A DNA stretch of 64,000 bases from Paenibacillus silvisoli (lineage in GTDB: Bacteria; Bacillota; Bacilli; Paenibacillales; Paenibacillaceae). The DNA is taken from contig NZ_CP133017.1 of the NCBI RefSeq assembly GCF_030866765.1, positions 973,091-1,037,090 on the forward strand, read 5' to 3'. Position 1 is the first letter of the stretch. Each line of letters begins with the position of its first letter. Both the position numbers and the translations under genes were made by a program. The notes below the pieces were generated by a model. The model did no database searches, had not been told where the DNA came from, and was given only the letters and a program-made list of their open reading frames with translations. Positions 1 through 9,353 of the stretch are shown piece by piece.

Positions 1-1
1 T

Positions 2-1549
2 TTGAGCATTCGCAGAGCACTTATTAGCGTATCGGATAAAACGGGCATTGTGGAGTTTTCGCGGGCGCTGGCCGGCCTTGGCGTGCAAATCATTTCGACG
101 GGCGGCACGGCAAGCCTATTGGAGAAGGAAGGCGTTCCGGTCATCGGCATCTCCGATGTGACGGGCTTCCCGGAAATTCTCGACGGGCGCGTTAAAACGC
201 TGCACCCTGCCGTACACAGCGGTCTGCTTGCGGTTCGCGACGACGAAGAGCATCAGAAAGCGATGCAAGAGCTTGGCCTCGACTATATCGATCTGGTGGT
301 CGTGAACCTGTACCCGTTTGCGGCGACGATTGCGAAGCCGGACGTGACGTACGAGGACGCGATCGAGAACATCGATATCGGCGGCCCGACGATGCTTCGT
401 TCTGCAGCGAAAAACCATGCTTTCGTAACGGTTGTCGTAGACGCGGCTGATTATCAAACCGTTCTTGACGAAGTCAAAGCAAGCGGCGACACGACGCTGG
501 ACACGCGCAAGCAGCTGGCTGCAAAAGTATTCCGCCACACCGGCGCGTACGATGCGCTCATCTCGGACTACCTCTCGAAGCTGCAAGGCAATCCGCTTCC
601 GGAGAGCTACACCGTAACGTACGAGAAAGTACAGGATCTTCGCTACGGCGAGAACCCGCACCAGAAAGCGGCGTTCTACCGCAAGCCGCTCGCTTCCGCC
701 GGCAACATCACGACGGCGGAACAGCTTCACGGTAAAGAGCTGTCCTACAATAACATCAACGACGCGAATGCGGCGCTGGCGATCGTGAAGGAATTCAACG
801 AGCCTGCCGTTGTCGCGGTGAAGCATATGAACCCTTGCGGCGTGGGCATCGGCAGCGACATCCACGAAGCGTACAAAAAAGCATACGCAGCCGACCCAAC
901 CTCCATCTTCGGCGGCATCGTCGCGGCGAACCGCACGATCGGCGTTGAAACCGCGCAGCTGCTGAGCGAAATTTTCCTCGAAATCGTCATCGCGCCGGAC
1001 TTCACGCCTGAAGCGCTGGAAGTGCTGACGAAGAAGAAAAACATCCGCCTCATGAAGCTGGGCGAAATCCAAGCGGCAGGCGAGCGCAAGCCGGAATGGC
1101 TCGTAACGAGCGTAGACGGCGGCATGCTGGTGCAAGAGAGCGACGTGCACAGCCTGACGGAAGAAGATATCAAAATCGTAACGAACCGCAAACCGACCGA
1201 AGAAGAGCTGAAGCAGCTGCTATTCGGCTGGAAAGTAGTGAAGCACGTGAAATCGAACGCGATCCTGCTTGCGGCGGACGACATGACGGTCGGCGTAGGC
1301 GCAGGCCAAATGAACCGCGTCGGCGCGGCGCGCATCGCCATCGAACAAGCGGGCGAGAAAGCAAAAGGCGCGGTGCTCGCATCCGATGCGTTCTTCCCGA
1401 TGGGCGATACGCTTGAGCTGGCGGCGAAGGCCGGCATTACGGCGGTTATTCAGCCGGGCGGTTCAATCAAGGACGAAGAGTCCATCGCGGTCGCGAATGC
1501 GAACAACATTGCGATGGTGCTGACGGGCGTCCGTCATTTTAAACACTAG
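2..1549 (+). CDS. purH: Bifunctional AICAR transformylase / IMP cyclohydrolase PurH (TTG start at window position 2)
   Basis: 515 aa. N-terminus [19 protein letters not shown] plus MGS-like and AICARFT/IMPCH domain motifs match PurH along the full length. Followed directly by purD, as in Bacillales pur operons. Confidence 0.9.
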   Translation: MSIRRALISVSDKTGIVEFSRALAGLGVQIISTGGTASLLEKEGVPVIGISDVTGFPEILDGRVKTLHPAVHSGLLAVRDDEEHQKAMQELGLDYIDLVVVNLYPFAATIAKPDVTYEDAIENIDIGGPTMLRSAAKNHAFVTVVVDAADYQTVLDEVKASGDTTLDTRKQLAAKVFRHTGAYDALISDYLSKLQGNPLPESYTVTYEKVQDLRYGENPHQKAAFYRKPLASAGNITTAEQLHGKELSYNNINDANAALAIVKEFNEPAVVAVKHMNPCGVGIGSDIHEAYKKAYAADPTSIFGGIVAANRTIGVETAQLLSEIFLEIVIAPDFTPEALEVLTKKKNIRLMKLGEIQAAGERKPEWLVTSVDGGMLVQESDVHSLTEEDIKIVTNRKPTEEELKQLLFGWKVVKHVKSNAILLAADDMTVGVGAGQMNRVGAARIAIEQAGEKAKGAVLASDAFFPMGDTLELAAKAGITAVIQPGGSIKDEESIAVANANNIAMVLTGVRHFKH

Positions 1550-1566
1550 GACGGGGAGGGCTTCCT

Positions 1567-2838
1567 TTGCGGATTATGGTCATCGGCGGCGGCGGGCGTG
1601 AGCACGCCATCGTTTGGTCGCTGAACAAGAGCGATAAAGTTAGCAAAATCTTTTGTGCACCCGGCAACGCGGGTATCGCCGAGCTGGCGGAATGCGTGCC
1701 GATTCCGGTTAACCGGTTCAACGATCTCATTCAATTCGCATGCGACAACGATGTGGATCTCGTCGTCGTAGGTCCGGACGATCCGCTTGCGGACGGTATC
1801 GTAGACGCGTTTGAAGAGCGTAATATTCCGGTCTACGGCCCTCGCAAAAACGCGGCGGAAATCGAAGGCAGCAAGATTTTCATGAAAAACCTGCTGAAAA
1901 AGTACGAGATTCCGACGGCTAAATACGAGACGTTCACCGAGTACGAAACGGCGCTCGCTTACTTGCGCCAGCAGGAGCTGCCGATCGTCGTTAAAGCGGA
2001 CGGCCTTGCGGCAGGCAAAGGCGTTACCGTTGCGGCAACGATGGAGGAAGCCGAAGAAGCGCTTCACGGCATGATGGTCGGCAAAGTGTTTGGCGAGTCC
2101 GGCGGCCGCGTCGTCATCGAGGAATTCCTCGCAGGACAAGAGATGTCCATTCTGGCATTCGTGGACGGCGAGACCGTTCGCGCAATGGTGCCGGCTCAAG
2201 ACCACAAGCCCGTGTTCGACAACGATAAAGGCCCGAATACGGGCGGTATGGGCACGTATTCTCCGCTGCCGCATATCGATCCGGCGATCGTCGAAGACGC
2301 GATCGAGAACATCATCAAGCCGACGGCGCGCGCGATGGTGAGCGAAGGCCGTCCGTTCCGCGGCGTGCTGTTCGCAGGGCTGATGATTACGAAGGACGGT
2401 CGTGCGAAAACGATCGAGTTCAACGCGCGGATGGGCGACCCGGAAACGCAGGTTGTGCTCCCGCGTCTGAAGACCGATCTGCTGGATATCATCCTCGCGT
2501 CGATGAACGGCCGTCTCGGACAGCTGGACATCGAGTGGAGCGACGAGGCAGCGGTGTGCGTCATCGCCGCATCCGAAGGCTACCCGGCTTCGTATCCGAA
2601 AGGCCGCGTCATTACGGGCTTGGATGCTGCCAAAGCGCAAGGCGCGCTCGTATTCCATGCCGGCACGGCGCTGTCGGAAGGCGGCGACATCGTGACGAAC
2701 GGCGGACGCGTGCTTGGCATCGTCGGCCGCGGCAGCGATATCGCGGAAGCGCGCGCGAAGGCGTATGAAGCGGTGAGCGCGATTCATTTTGACGGCATGC
2801 ACTGCCGGACGGATATTGCGGCGAAGGCGTTGAAATAA
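1567..2838 (+). CDS. purD: Phosphoribosylamine--glycine ligase PurD
   Basis: 423 aa. MRIMVIGGGGREHAIVWSL N-terminus and ATP-grasp motifs. TTG start 18 nt after the purH stop. Confidence 0.9.
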   Translation: MRIMVIGGGGREHAIVWSLNKSDKVSKIFCAPGNAGIAELAECVPIPVNRFNDLIQFACDNDVDLVVVGPDDPLADGIVDAFEERNIPVYGPRKNAAEIEGSKIFMKNLLKKYEIPTAKYETFTEYETALAYLRQQELPIVVKADGLAAGKGVTVAATMEEAEEALHGMMVGKVFGESGGRVVIEEFLAGQEMSILAFVDGETVRAMVPAQDHKPVFDNDKGPNTGGMGTYSPLPHIDPAIVEDAIENIIKPTARAMVSEGRPFRGVLFAGLMITKDGRAKTIEFNARMGDPETQVVLPRLKTDLLDIILASMNGRLGQLDIEWSDEAAVCVIAASEGYPASYPKGRVITGLDAAKAQGALVFHAGTALSEGGDIVTNGGRVLGIVGRGSDIAEARAKAYEAVSAIHFDGMHCRTDIAAKALK

Positions 2839-2848
2839 GCTGAAAGTG

Positions 2849-2928
2849 GCTAACGAACATTCATGTCCGTTACAATCTACAAAATAGCGAGTTTAGGATG
2901 CTAACGGACATTCATGTCCTTTAGAATC
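2849..2928. repeat. Two copies of a 29-bp element, each containing a 22-bp imperfect palindrome (TAACGRACAT-tc-ATGTCCKTTA)
   Basis: gctaacgaacattcatgtccgttacaatc at 2849-2877 and gctaacggacattcatgtcctttagaatc at 2900-2928. Each has 10-bp inverted arms (9/10 match) around a 2-nt centre. The pair lies between the purD stop and its terminator. Confidence 0.6.
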
Positions 2929-2933
2929 CGCAG

Positions 2934-2968
2934 GAACCCCGCGTGGTGGGAGCGCGGGGTTCTTTTTG
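2934..2968 (+). terminator. Rho-independent terminator after purD
   Basis: GC-rich stem aaccccgcg / cgcggggtt with loop tggtgggag, followed by a TCTTTTTGTT run. Confidence 0.8.
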
Positions 2969-3103
2969 TTGCGCGCGCCAGCTTTTCCCGGTACCGGTGT
3001 TACTTCTTTGTAACTACTCCGTCACCTGATTCTATTAGCATAGAGGTATAGGGACAGAGGAAGCAGAAGTAGAATGGGAACCGGCGTATGAGGGGATAGC
3101 GAT

Positions 3104-4174
3104 ATGCGGCGTACACGAGGACTAGGGCGAAAGAAATATGCGGCCGCTGTTACGGCGGTCATGATTCTAGCCGGGCTGCTCGCCGGCTGCGGGTCCGAGG
3201 AGCCGCAGCATTCGGCGCGAGTGGAGCTTGGAGCTGCGATGCCGATCGAGGGAGATTCCTCGGCAGCGGGCAAATCCGCGGAACTCGCGGTTGCCGCGGA
3301 TTTGCAGCCGGCGGATGGCGAAGCGAGTCAGGTAGCGAAGGTGGTTGTTGCAGGCGATTCGCCAGCTGAAGGTGACGACGGCGACGCGAAAGAGACCGCC
3401 GGCAGCGGAGATGCACCTGAGCCTGCTAGCAGCGAGGGCGTCGAACTGGCAGCGAAAGCCGAAGCGACGACGCCTCCCGCGAAGCAGCCAGCGGTAACCA
3501 CTCCGCCTGCAAAGCAACCGGAGGCGGTGAAGCCGGCCGCGCTGGATATACCGACGGAGCCGTCTGTGAAGTTCGCGGGCAAGAAAGGCGCGAAGCTGGT
3601 GGCGCTGACGTTCGATGACGGGCCGGATGATCATTTTACGCCGGCGATTTTGGATATATTGAAGGAGAAGAAGGTGCACGCGACCTTTTTCACGGTAGGC
3701 ATTCAAGTGAAGCGCCATGCGAAGGTGATGAAGCGCATCCTGCAGGAAGGCAGCGAGATCGGCAACCACAGCTATGCGCATAAAGATCTATCCAAACTTG
3801 ACAGTCTAAAGATCGTAGAGCAAATTAAATGGACGGATATCAATATCAATAAGCAGATCGGCTATGTTCCCCGCCTGGTGCGTGCCCCGTACGGCGCCGT
3901 TTCGCCGCTGTTGAAGGACATCGTCAAGCAAAATCGGCGCGAGTTGGTCGGCTGGACCGTCGACACGCGCGATTGGGAGGGCAGCACGGTGGCGGAGATG
4001 AGGGCCAACGTGAGCAAAAATACGCATGCCGGCGGCATTATTTTGATGCATTCGTTTGGGAATAAATATGTGAACAACACGGTACAGCTGCTCCCTCAGA
4101 TCATTGAGGATTTGAAGAGCAAAGGCTTTACGTTCGTGACCGTGAGCGAGCTGCTGGCCGCGAAGAAAAAGTAA
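3104..4174 (+). CDS. Polysaccharide deacetylase family lipoprotein (NodB homology domain)
   Basis: Lipobox LAGLLAGCGS. Ala/Glu/Pro-rich linker with the repeat TTPPAKQP. NodB motifs TFDDGP...HATFF...NHSYAH are present. Confidence 0.8.
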   Translation: MRRTRGLGRKKYAAAVTAVMILAGLLAGCGSEEPQHSARVELGAAMPIEGDSSAAGKSAELAVAADLQPADGEASQVAKVVVAGDSPAEGDDGDAKETAGSGDAPEPASSEGVELAAKAEATTPPAKQPAVTTPPAKQPEAVKPAALDIPTEPSVKFAGKKGAKLVALTFDDGPDDHFTPAILDILKEKKVHATFFTVGIQVKRHAKVMKRILQEGSEIGNHSYAHKDLSKLDSLKIVEQIKWTDININKQIGYVPRLVRAPYGAVSPLLKDIVKQNRRELVGWTVDTRDWEGSTVAEMRANVSKNTHAGGIILMHSFGNKYVNNTVQLLPQIIEDLKSKGFTFVTVSELLAAKKK

Positions 4175-4215
4175 GGTAGGGGCCGATGGTCCGCGGGAAG
4201 GGAAGGAGCGGGAAC

Positions 4216-5616
4216 ATGTACATACCACGATGGATAACGCGAGCCGCTCTTCTAGTGTGCCTGCTAGTTCTAACCGGCTGCCAGATCACGGCGACTCCCG
4301 CCGATCTGCTGCTGAATCCGCGCTCCACGCCGGAAAATGCCGCGCTTGCTTCGGCGGTCCGCGAGCAGCTGCCGCCTCGAACGAAGCTTTCGCTGGCGAT
4401 GCAGGAGCCGGCCAACTCGGCTGTGCTGCAGATGGATGTGGACGGCGACGGAAAACGGGAAGCTTTTGTCGTATACTCGGATGAGGCGGGCACGGAGCAT
4501 GTGATGATGCTGCGAAGCGTGGAAGGCACCTGGAAGCAGTGGTTTACGTTTGCCGAATCGTCCAACTATGGCGTGGATGTGCTACGGGTGGCAGACCTGG
4601 ACCGGGACGGAAAGACGGAGCTGATGATCGGCTGGAATCAGTACGGCGAGCCGCAGCATATGCTGACGCTTTACCATATTGACTTGGCTGCGCCATTCGA
4701 TCAGCCGCCTAATCCATTGGTGGAGCTGCCATATGATACGATGGGAACAGGCGATGCGGATGGCGACGGCAATGCCGAGCTGGCTTTGATCCAGCTGCAG
4801 CGCCAGAAGATGACGGCTTCGATCGGCATTTATCGGTTGTACGGGGACCGTTTGGACAAAATGGCCTCCGCCATGCTGGACGGCTCGGTGAACGAATATT
4901 TGCAGCTCAAATTAGGCAAAATCGCGCCAAACCGCTATGGCGTGCTGGCAGATGCGGCGATCGGGGCCGATGCTTCGACGACGACGATGCTGGCTTGGGA
5001 AGGCGGGGAGCTGAAGGTGATTTATCCGCCTATGGAGACCGGCGACGATAACGTTCAAATCAATGCCAATGTGCAATTAAGCGGCGACGGCAATGGGGAC
5101 GGGATCATGGAGCTCCATACGCTGCGCGAGGCGCCGGGGCAATCGGAGGGCGTCGCGTACAGCGATTTGCTGTGGATTGAGCAGCATAAGCAGTGGAATG
5201 GCGCAGATGCTTTTGACGTGGTCAATGAGCGGTACGTCGATGCTTATCACTCTTATGCGCTGCAGCTCCCGATGTCTTGGAAAGACTATACGTTTAGAAG
5301 ATTGACGGACGGCAGCGTCGACGATGTGGCGCTGGACCGCTATGTCGAGGAAACGAATACGCGGGAAGAGATTTTGGCGCTGCGCGTCATTGCGGTTGCG
5401 GACTGGAACAAGACGGAGCAGCAGCTGCAGGAGGAAGGACGCCGGTATATGCCGCTCGGCAGCGGCAGCGGGCTGGTTTATGTGGCGGTGTGGCATGATT
5501 TGCTCCCAAAAGACGAGGGAGAGGAAGGCGAGCAGCGTGTGGCTGCTGCCGAAGGCGCATTTCCGCCGGACGAAGCCGAGCTGAAACGGCTGTTCAAGCT
5601 GCTGCCGGAGGAATAG
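4216..5616 (+). CDS. Hypothetical lipoprotein with FG-GAP-like D-x-D-G-D-G repeats
   Basis: GGAAGGAG RBS 7 nt before the ATG at 4216 (internal to track ORF 4186). Lipobox LVLTGCQ. Repeated DVDGDGKRE, DLDRDGKTE, GDADGDGNAE and SGDGNGDGIME calcium-binding-like motifs. Confidence 0.6.
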   Translation: MYIPRWITRAALLVCLLVLTGCQITATPADLLLNPRSTPENAALASAVREQLPPRTKLSLAMQEPANSAVLQMDVDGDGKREAFVVYSDEAGTEHVMMLRSVEGTWKQWFTFAESSNYGVDVLRVADLDRDGKTELMIGWNQYGEPQHMLTLYHIDLAAPFDQPPNPLVELPYDTMGTGDADGDGNAELALIQLQRQKMTASIGIYRLYGDRLDKMASAMLDGSVNEYLQLKLGKIAPNRYGVLADAAIGADASTTTMLAWEGGELKVIYPPMETGDDNVQINANVQLSGDGNGDGIMELHTLREAPGQSEGVAYSDLLWIEQHKQWNGADAFDVVNERYVDAYHSYALQLPMSWKDYTFRRLTDGSVDDVALDRYVEETNTREEILALRVIAVADWNKTEQQLQEEGRRYMPLGSGSGLVYVAVWHDLLPKDEGEEGEQRVAAAEGAFPPDEAELKRLFKLLPEE

Positions 5617-5638
5617 GACGTGAAGGAGGAACCTCTGT

Positions 5639-6448
5639 TTGCGAATATTGATCTTGGAGGATGAAGAGGCCATTCGCGGATTCGTCCGCATTAACCTGAA
5701 GCGCGGCGGGATGGAGGTTACGGAGGCCGAGGATGGCGAAACCGCCTTGGCGCTGGCGAGGGAAGCCTCCCCGCCTTTCGACGTGGCGCTGCTGGACGTG
5801 ATGCTTCCCGGGATAAGCGGGTTCGACGTCTGCGAGCAGCTGCGGCGGGAGTTTCCCCGCATGGGCATTATCATGCTGACGGCGAAATCGCAGGAGGAGG
5901 ATAAAATCCGCGGCTTGGAGCTCGGCGCGGATGATTATGTGCAGAAGCCGTTCAGTCCCGGCGAGCTTGTTGCCCGGCTGAACGCGTTGAAGCGGCGCAT
6001 GCTGCCGCTTGGCGACGAGGCGGGCGGCGACGCTGGCGGAGCTGGCCAGGCCGGCGCGGCCGCGTCGAGCGAGAACGGCGCAAGCGAAGCCGGCACCGTC
6101 AACGCCGCCGACCAGGCGCAGCACGCCTCGCGGCGCGGCGAGCTGCGCTCCGGGCCGTTCCGCCTGTCTTCGGCGGAACGCAAACTGTGGAAGGACGGCG
6201 TCGAAATCGTGCTGACGCCGACGGAGTGGACGCTTGTGAAGCTGTTGATGGAGCGGGAGGGCGAGGGACTGAGCCGCGACGATATTTTGGACGCGGTATG
6301 GGGCCGCCATTACGTCGGAGATTTGAAGATCGTTGACGTCAACATCCGGCGCATCCGGCAGAAGATCGAGCTGAAGCCATCCGATCCGCTGCATATCGAG
6401 ACCCTTTGGGGCTACGGCTACCGCTGGAAACGGAGCGACGAGCAATGA
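5639..6448 (+). CDS. OmpR-family response regulator with a Gly/Ala-rich ~50-aa linker insertion
   Basis: Receiver motifs (LLDVMLPGISGF; phospho-acceptor Asp in DVALLD) and a C-terminal winged helix (LTPTEWTLVKLL...GYGYRW). TTG start behind a GAAGGAGGAA RBS. Confidence 0.85.
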   Translation: MRILILEDEEAIRGFVRINLKRGGMEVTEAEDGETALALAREASPPFDVALLDVMLPGISGFDVCEQLRREFPRMGIIMLTAKSQEEDKIRGLELGADDYVQKPFSPGELVARLNALKRRMLPLGDEAGGDAGGAGQAGAAASSENGASEAGTVNAADQAQHASRRGELRSGPFRLSSAERKLWKDGVEIVLTPTEWTLVKLLMEREGEGLSRDDILDAVWGRHYVGDLKIVDVNIRRIRQKIELKPSDPLHIETLWGYGYRWKRSDEQ

Positions 6449-7875
6449 AAAGCCTGCGTACGCGCATCGTCTGGAGCTACGGCAGTCTCATCGTGCTTGT
6501 CGTCCTCATGCTCGGTTCGATGTTCGTCACTCTCGTTTGGAATTACTATTACAGCAGCGCCGTCGGCTCCGTGCAGCAGCGGGCCGAGACGGAAGCCGCG
6601 CTGCATAACCGGATGATCGCCTATGAACCGCTCCGGGAGAAAGCACGATACATGCTGCGAAATATGTCCGTCGGCACCGCGCATCTCCAGCTGCTGGCCG
6701 GCTCAGGCGCCATCGTCGTGGACAGCGACGGTATTAGCGGCCAAGGGAAAATGGCGGAAACGCCTGACGTCAGGCGGGCGATCCGCGGGGAGAAAGGGGT
6801 CTGGCGAGGTACGGACCCGTTGACGGGCGAGCGGATTGCGGCGGTGACGATGCCGGTCAAGCAGGGCCAGCGCGTCGTGGCGATGTTTCGCTACACCGCC
6901 TCGCTCAAAGAGGTCGACGCGACGGTGCGCAGCGTGCTCTGGATTACGCTGCTCGTCGGCGGCGCGGTCGTGCTGCTCTTCTTCACGGTGAGCGTGCTGA
7001 TCGCGAACCGGATCGCCAAGCCGATCCGCAACCTGACGCGGGTGGCCGAGAAAATGGCCGAAGGCGACTGGACGCGCCGCGCGACGCTGCGGGACCGCGA
7101 CGAAATCGGGCGGCTGGCCGAAACGCTGAACACGATGGCGTCGGAGCTGACGCGGCGGGAGAAGCTGAAGGAGGATTTTATCTCCTCCATCTCGCATGAG
7201 CTGCGCACGCCGCTGACCTCGATCAAAGGCTGGAGCGAGACGCTGGCTTCCGGCGATCCTTCCGACGTGGAGGAATTGAATCTCGGTTTGGCCATCATCG
7301 ACCGGGAGACTGAGCGGCTGGCAGGGCTCGTGGAGGACCTGCTCGATTTCTCGAAGCTGTATGCGAAGAGCATCGTGCTGCATCCGGAGACGATGGACAT
7401 CCGCAAGCCGGTCACGGAGACGCTGCGGCAGTTCGAAGCGCGCGGTCAGCGCGAGTCGGTTACGATCAAGGGGAGCTCCTTCGACAAGCCGTTGATCGCC
7501 AAAGTCGATGCGAACCGGATGAAGCAGGTGTTCATCAACGTGCTGGACAACGCGATGAAATTTACGCCGCGAGACGGGACGATTACGGTCACGACGGAGC
7601 AGCAGGACGGCTTCGCAACGATTCGCATTGCCGATACCGGCTGCGGCATTCCGCCGGAGGATCTGCCACACGTGACGGAAAAGTTCTACAAAGGGTCGAG
7701 CCAGCGCTCCGGCAGCGGACTTGGCCTTGCGATCTGCAAAGAGATCGTCGAGCTGCACGGCGGCACCTTCCGGGTGGAGAGCACCGTCGGCGAAGGCACG
7801 GCCGTAACGATCGCGCTTCCGCTGTTCACCACGCAGCAGCAGCTGCTGGAGCAGGAGTCCGAACAGACCAAATAA
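6445..7875 (+). CDS. Sensor histidine kinase (TM-HAMP-HisKA-HATPase_c)
   Basis: ATGA overlap with the RR stop. Two TM segments, HAMP region, H-box ISHELRTPLTSIKGW, N/G boxes (DTGCGIPPEDL, GSGLGLAICKEIV). Confidence 0.85.
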   Translation: MKSLRTRIVWSYGSLIVLVVLMLGSMFVTLVWNYYYSSAVGSVQQRAETEAALHNRMIAYEPLREKARYMLRNMSVGTAHLQLLAGSGAIVVDSDGISGQGKMAETPDVRRAIRGEKGVWRGTDPLTGERIAAVTMPVKQGQRVVAMFRYTASLKEVDATVRSVLWITLLVGGAVVLLFFTVSVLIANRIAKPIRNLTRVAEKMAEGDWTRRATLRDRDEIGRLAETLNTMASELTRREKLKEDFISSISHELRTPLTSIKGWSETLASGDPSDVEELNLGLAIIDRETERLAGLVEDLLDFSKLYAKSIVLHPETMDIRKPVTETLRQFEARGQRESVTIKGSSFDKPLIAKVDANRMKQVFINVLDNAMKFTPRDGTITVTTEQQDGFATIRIADTGCGIPPEDLPHVTEKFYKGSSQRSGSGLGLAICKEIVELHGGTFRVESTVGEGTAVTIALPLFTTQQQLLEQESEQTK

Positions 7876-7903
7876 CCCGAACGGCGGCGCCGATCGGGTT
7901 ATT
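7875..7903. terminator. Bidirectional hairpin terminator
   Basis: aacccga-N13-tcgggtt followed by ATTTAT. Sits between the convergent kinase gene and the small minus-strand ORF. Confidence 0.6.
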
Positions 7904-7914
7904 TATCGTTCAAC

Positions 7915-8034
7915 CTATTCCTTATAAAACAGCGACTTGTGATTTTTGGCCACGTAGGCGATCGCAAGAACAGCCAGCACGATGATGAGGCTGGAGAACC
8001 AATGACGGGTTATCCAATCGAGAAAAGCAGGCAT
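7915..8034 (-). CDS. Small predicted membrane protein (39 aa), absent from the ORF track
   Basis: MPAFLDWITRHWFSSLIIVLAVLAIAYVAKNHKSLFYKE. Strong RBS GGAGG 6 nt upstream of the ATG. Single hydrophobic helix. Confidence 0.45.
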   Translation of the reverse strand: MPAFLDWITRHWFSSLIIVLAVLAIAYVAKNHKSLFYKE

Positions 8035-8204
8035 AAGAAGCCTCCTACACGTTGAGCAATATAGCCATAGTATGCCAATCGCGAGGCTTATTTATGCGTT
8101 TTCAGGTGCCTGGGACGGCAGACAATCTTGCGTTCATATGGTTTAATAAGATATGGTATAAGTTCCCTTACTTTTCCTCAAAATTCGACTAAAAGGTGGG
8201 CTCG

Positions 8205-9329
8205 ATGATGAAGGTTGCTAAACGGTCTCCATTTCGCTCGACGTTCGTGCTAGGCGTCGTCCTGCTGCTTGCAGCCAGCGCCATCCTCGCGGGGTGCAAC
8301 GAGAAGAAGCTGAACGTGAACAATGCCGAAACGATGGCTCCGGCCACGGATCCCGCAGCGGACAACGGAGCCGCGAACGTGCCGGCCGAGACGCCGGCGG
8401 TGGATCCGCCGGCCGTCGATCCCCCTCAATATATAGCGCCGCTGACCGGGCTGCCCCTGGACAGCGAGGCCGCGCAGCGCCCGATTGCCGTAATGGTGAA
8501 CAACTTTGCGGCGGCGCGTCCGCAATCGGGATTGCCGAATGCCGACGTGGTGTGGGAGGTGCTGGCCGAGGGCGGCATCACGCGGCTCGTCGCGATTTTT
8601 CAGAGCACGACGTCTACGGAGCCGATCGGCCCGATCCGCAGCAACCGGCCTTATTTGATCCGCATCGGCGAAGCCTATCACTCGGTGCTGGCGCATGCGG
8701 GCGCCAGCCAGCAGGGCTATGATATTTTGCAGCATCATAATAAAGATTACCTCGATGAAATTTCGAATGCCGGGGCTTACTTCTACCGCGAATCGTTCCG
8801 GAAGGCGCCGCACAATCTGTACTCCACGCTGGAGAAGCTGCGCGCGGGGGCTGCGAAGAAGAAGTATGCGGAAACCGTCGATATTCCGACGTTCCAGTGG
8901 TCCGAGACAGGGGCTACGGCGGCGGGGGAAGACGCTTCTCAGGTGGAGATTCATTTTCTGCTGAAGGATTATGCGGTCTCTTACACCTATAATGCGACAT
9001 CCGGGCTCTATGAGCGCTTCATTAACGGCAAGCCGCATACCGATCTGACGACGAAAAACCAGCTGACGGCCGCGAATCTGGTCGTGCTCGGCGCGAAGCA
9101 TAAGACGTATGACGATTATGGCAGGCTGGAAATCGACCTCGAAGCAGGCGGTCCGGCGATGCTGATGGAGAAGGGCAAGAAGATCGACTGCACGTGGGAA
9201 CGGAGCAGCGACGGCGTTATTCGCCTCATGAAGGATGGGCAGGAGCTGCCGTTCGTGCCCGGCCAGACGTACTATCACATCGTGCCGATGACGCCGGCGT
9301 TTGCGGGGCATGTGAAGCTCGGCTTATAA
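8205..9329 (+). CDS. DUF3048-family lipoprotein (YerB-like)
   Basis: Lipobox ILAGCN. Conserved RPIAVMVNN...LPNADVVWEVLAEGGITRL block typical of DUF3048/YerB. Position between the pur genes and yerC matches the B. subtilis yerB locus. Confidence 0.75.
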   Translation: MMKVAKRSPFRSTFVLGVVLLLAASAILAGCNEKKLNVNNAETMAPATDPAADNGAANVPAETPAVDPPAVDPPQYIAPLTGLPLDSEAAQRPIAVMVNNFAAARPQSGLPNADVVWEVLAEGGITRLVAIFQSTTSTEPIGPIRSNRPYLIRIGEAYHSVLAHAGASQQGYDILQHHNKDYLDEISNAGAYFYRESFRKAPHNLYSTLEKLRAGAAKKKYAETVDIPTFQWSETGATAAGEDASQVEIHFLLKDYAVSYTYNATSGLYERFINGKPHTDLTTKNQLTAANLVVLGAKHKTYDDYGRLEIDLEAGGPAMLMEKGKKIDCTWERSSDGVIRLMKDGQELPFVPGQTYYHIVPMTPAFAGHVKLGL

Positions 9330-9353
9330 TGGAGAGATTAGACGACGCGTCAC

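Noticed and set aside
116-2802. Long antisense ORFs inside purH/purD (116..1150 -, 745..1437 -, 1546..2802 -)
   Set aside because: They lie fully within well-supported PurH/PurD coding sequence on the opposite strand. They are Arg/Ala-rich, as expected for high-GC antisense frames, with no RBS; typical GC-driven artefacts. The same logic was applied to 8250..9311 -, 11345..12178 -, 12511..13269 +, 14532..15791 +, 18576..19835 -, 19995..20936 - and 38059..39477 +.
2849-2928. LexA/Cheo boxes or canonical PurR PurBoxes downstream of purD
   Set aside because: The half-sites (ACGAACAT) resemble both, but the geometry is GAAC-N6-GTCC, not GAAC-N4-GTTC. The position after the last pur gene is wrong for PurR operator function. 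Kept only as an unexplained repeat.
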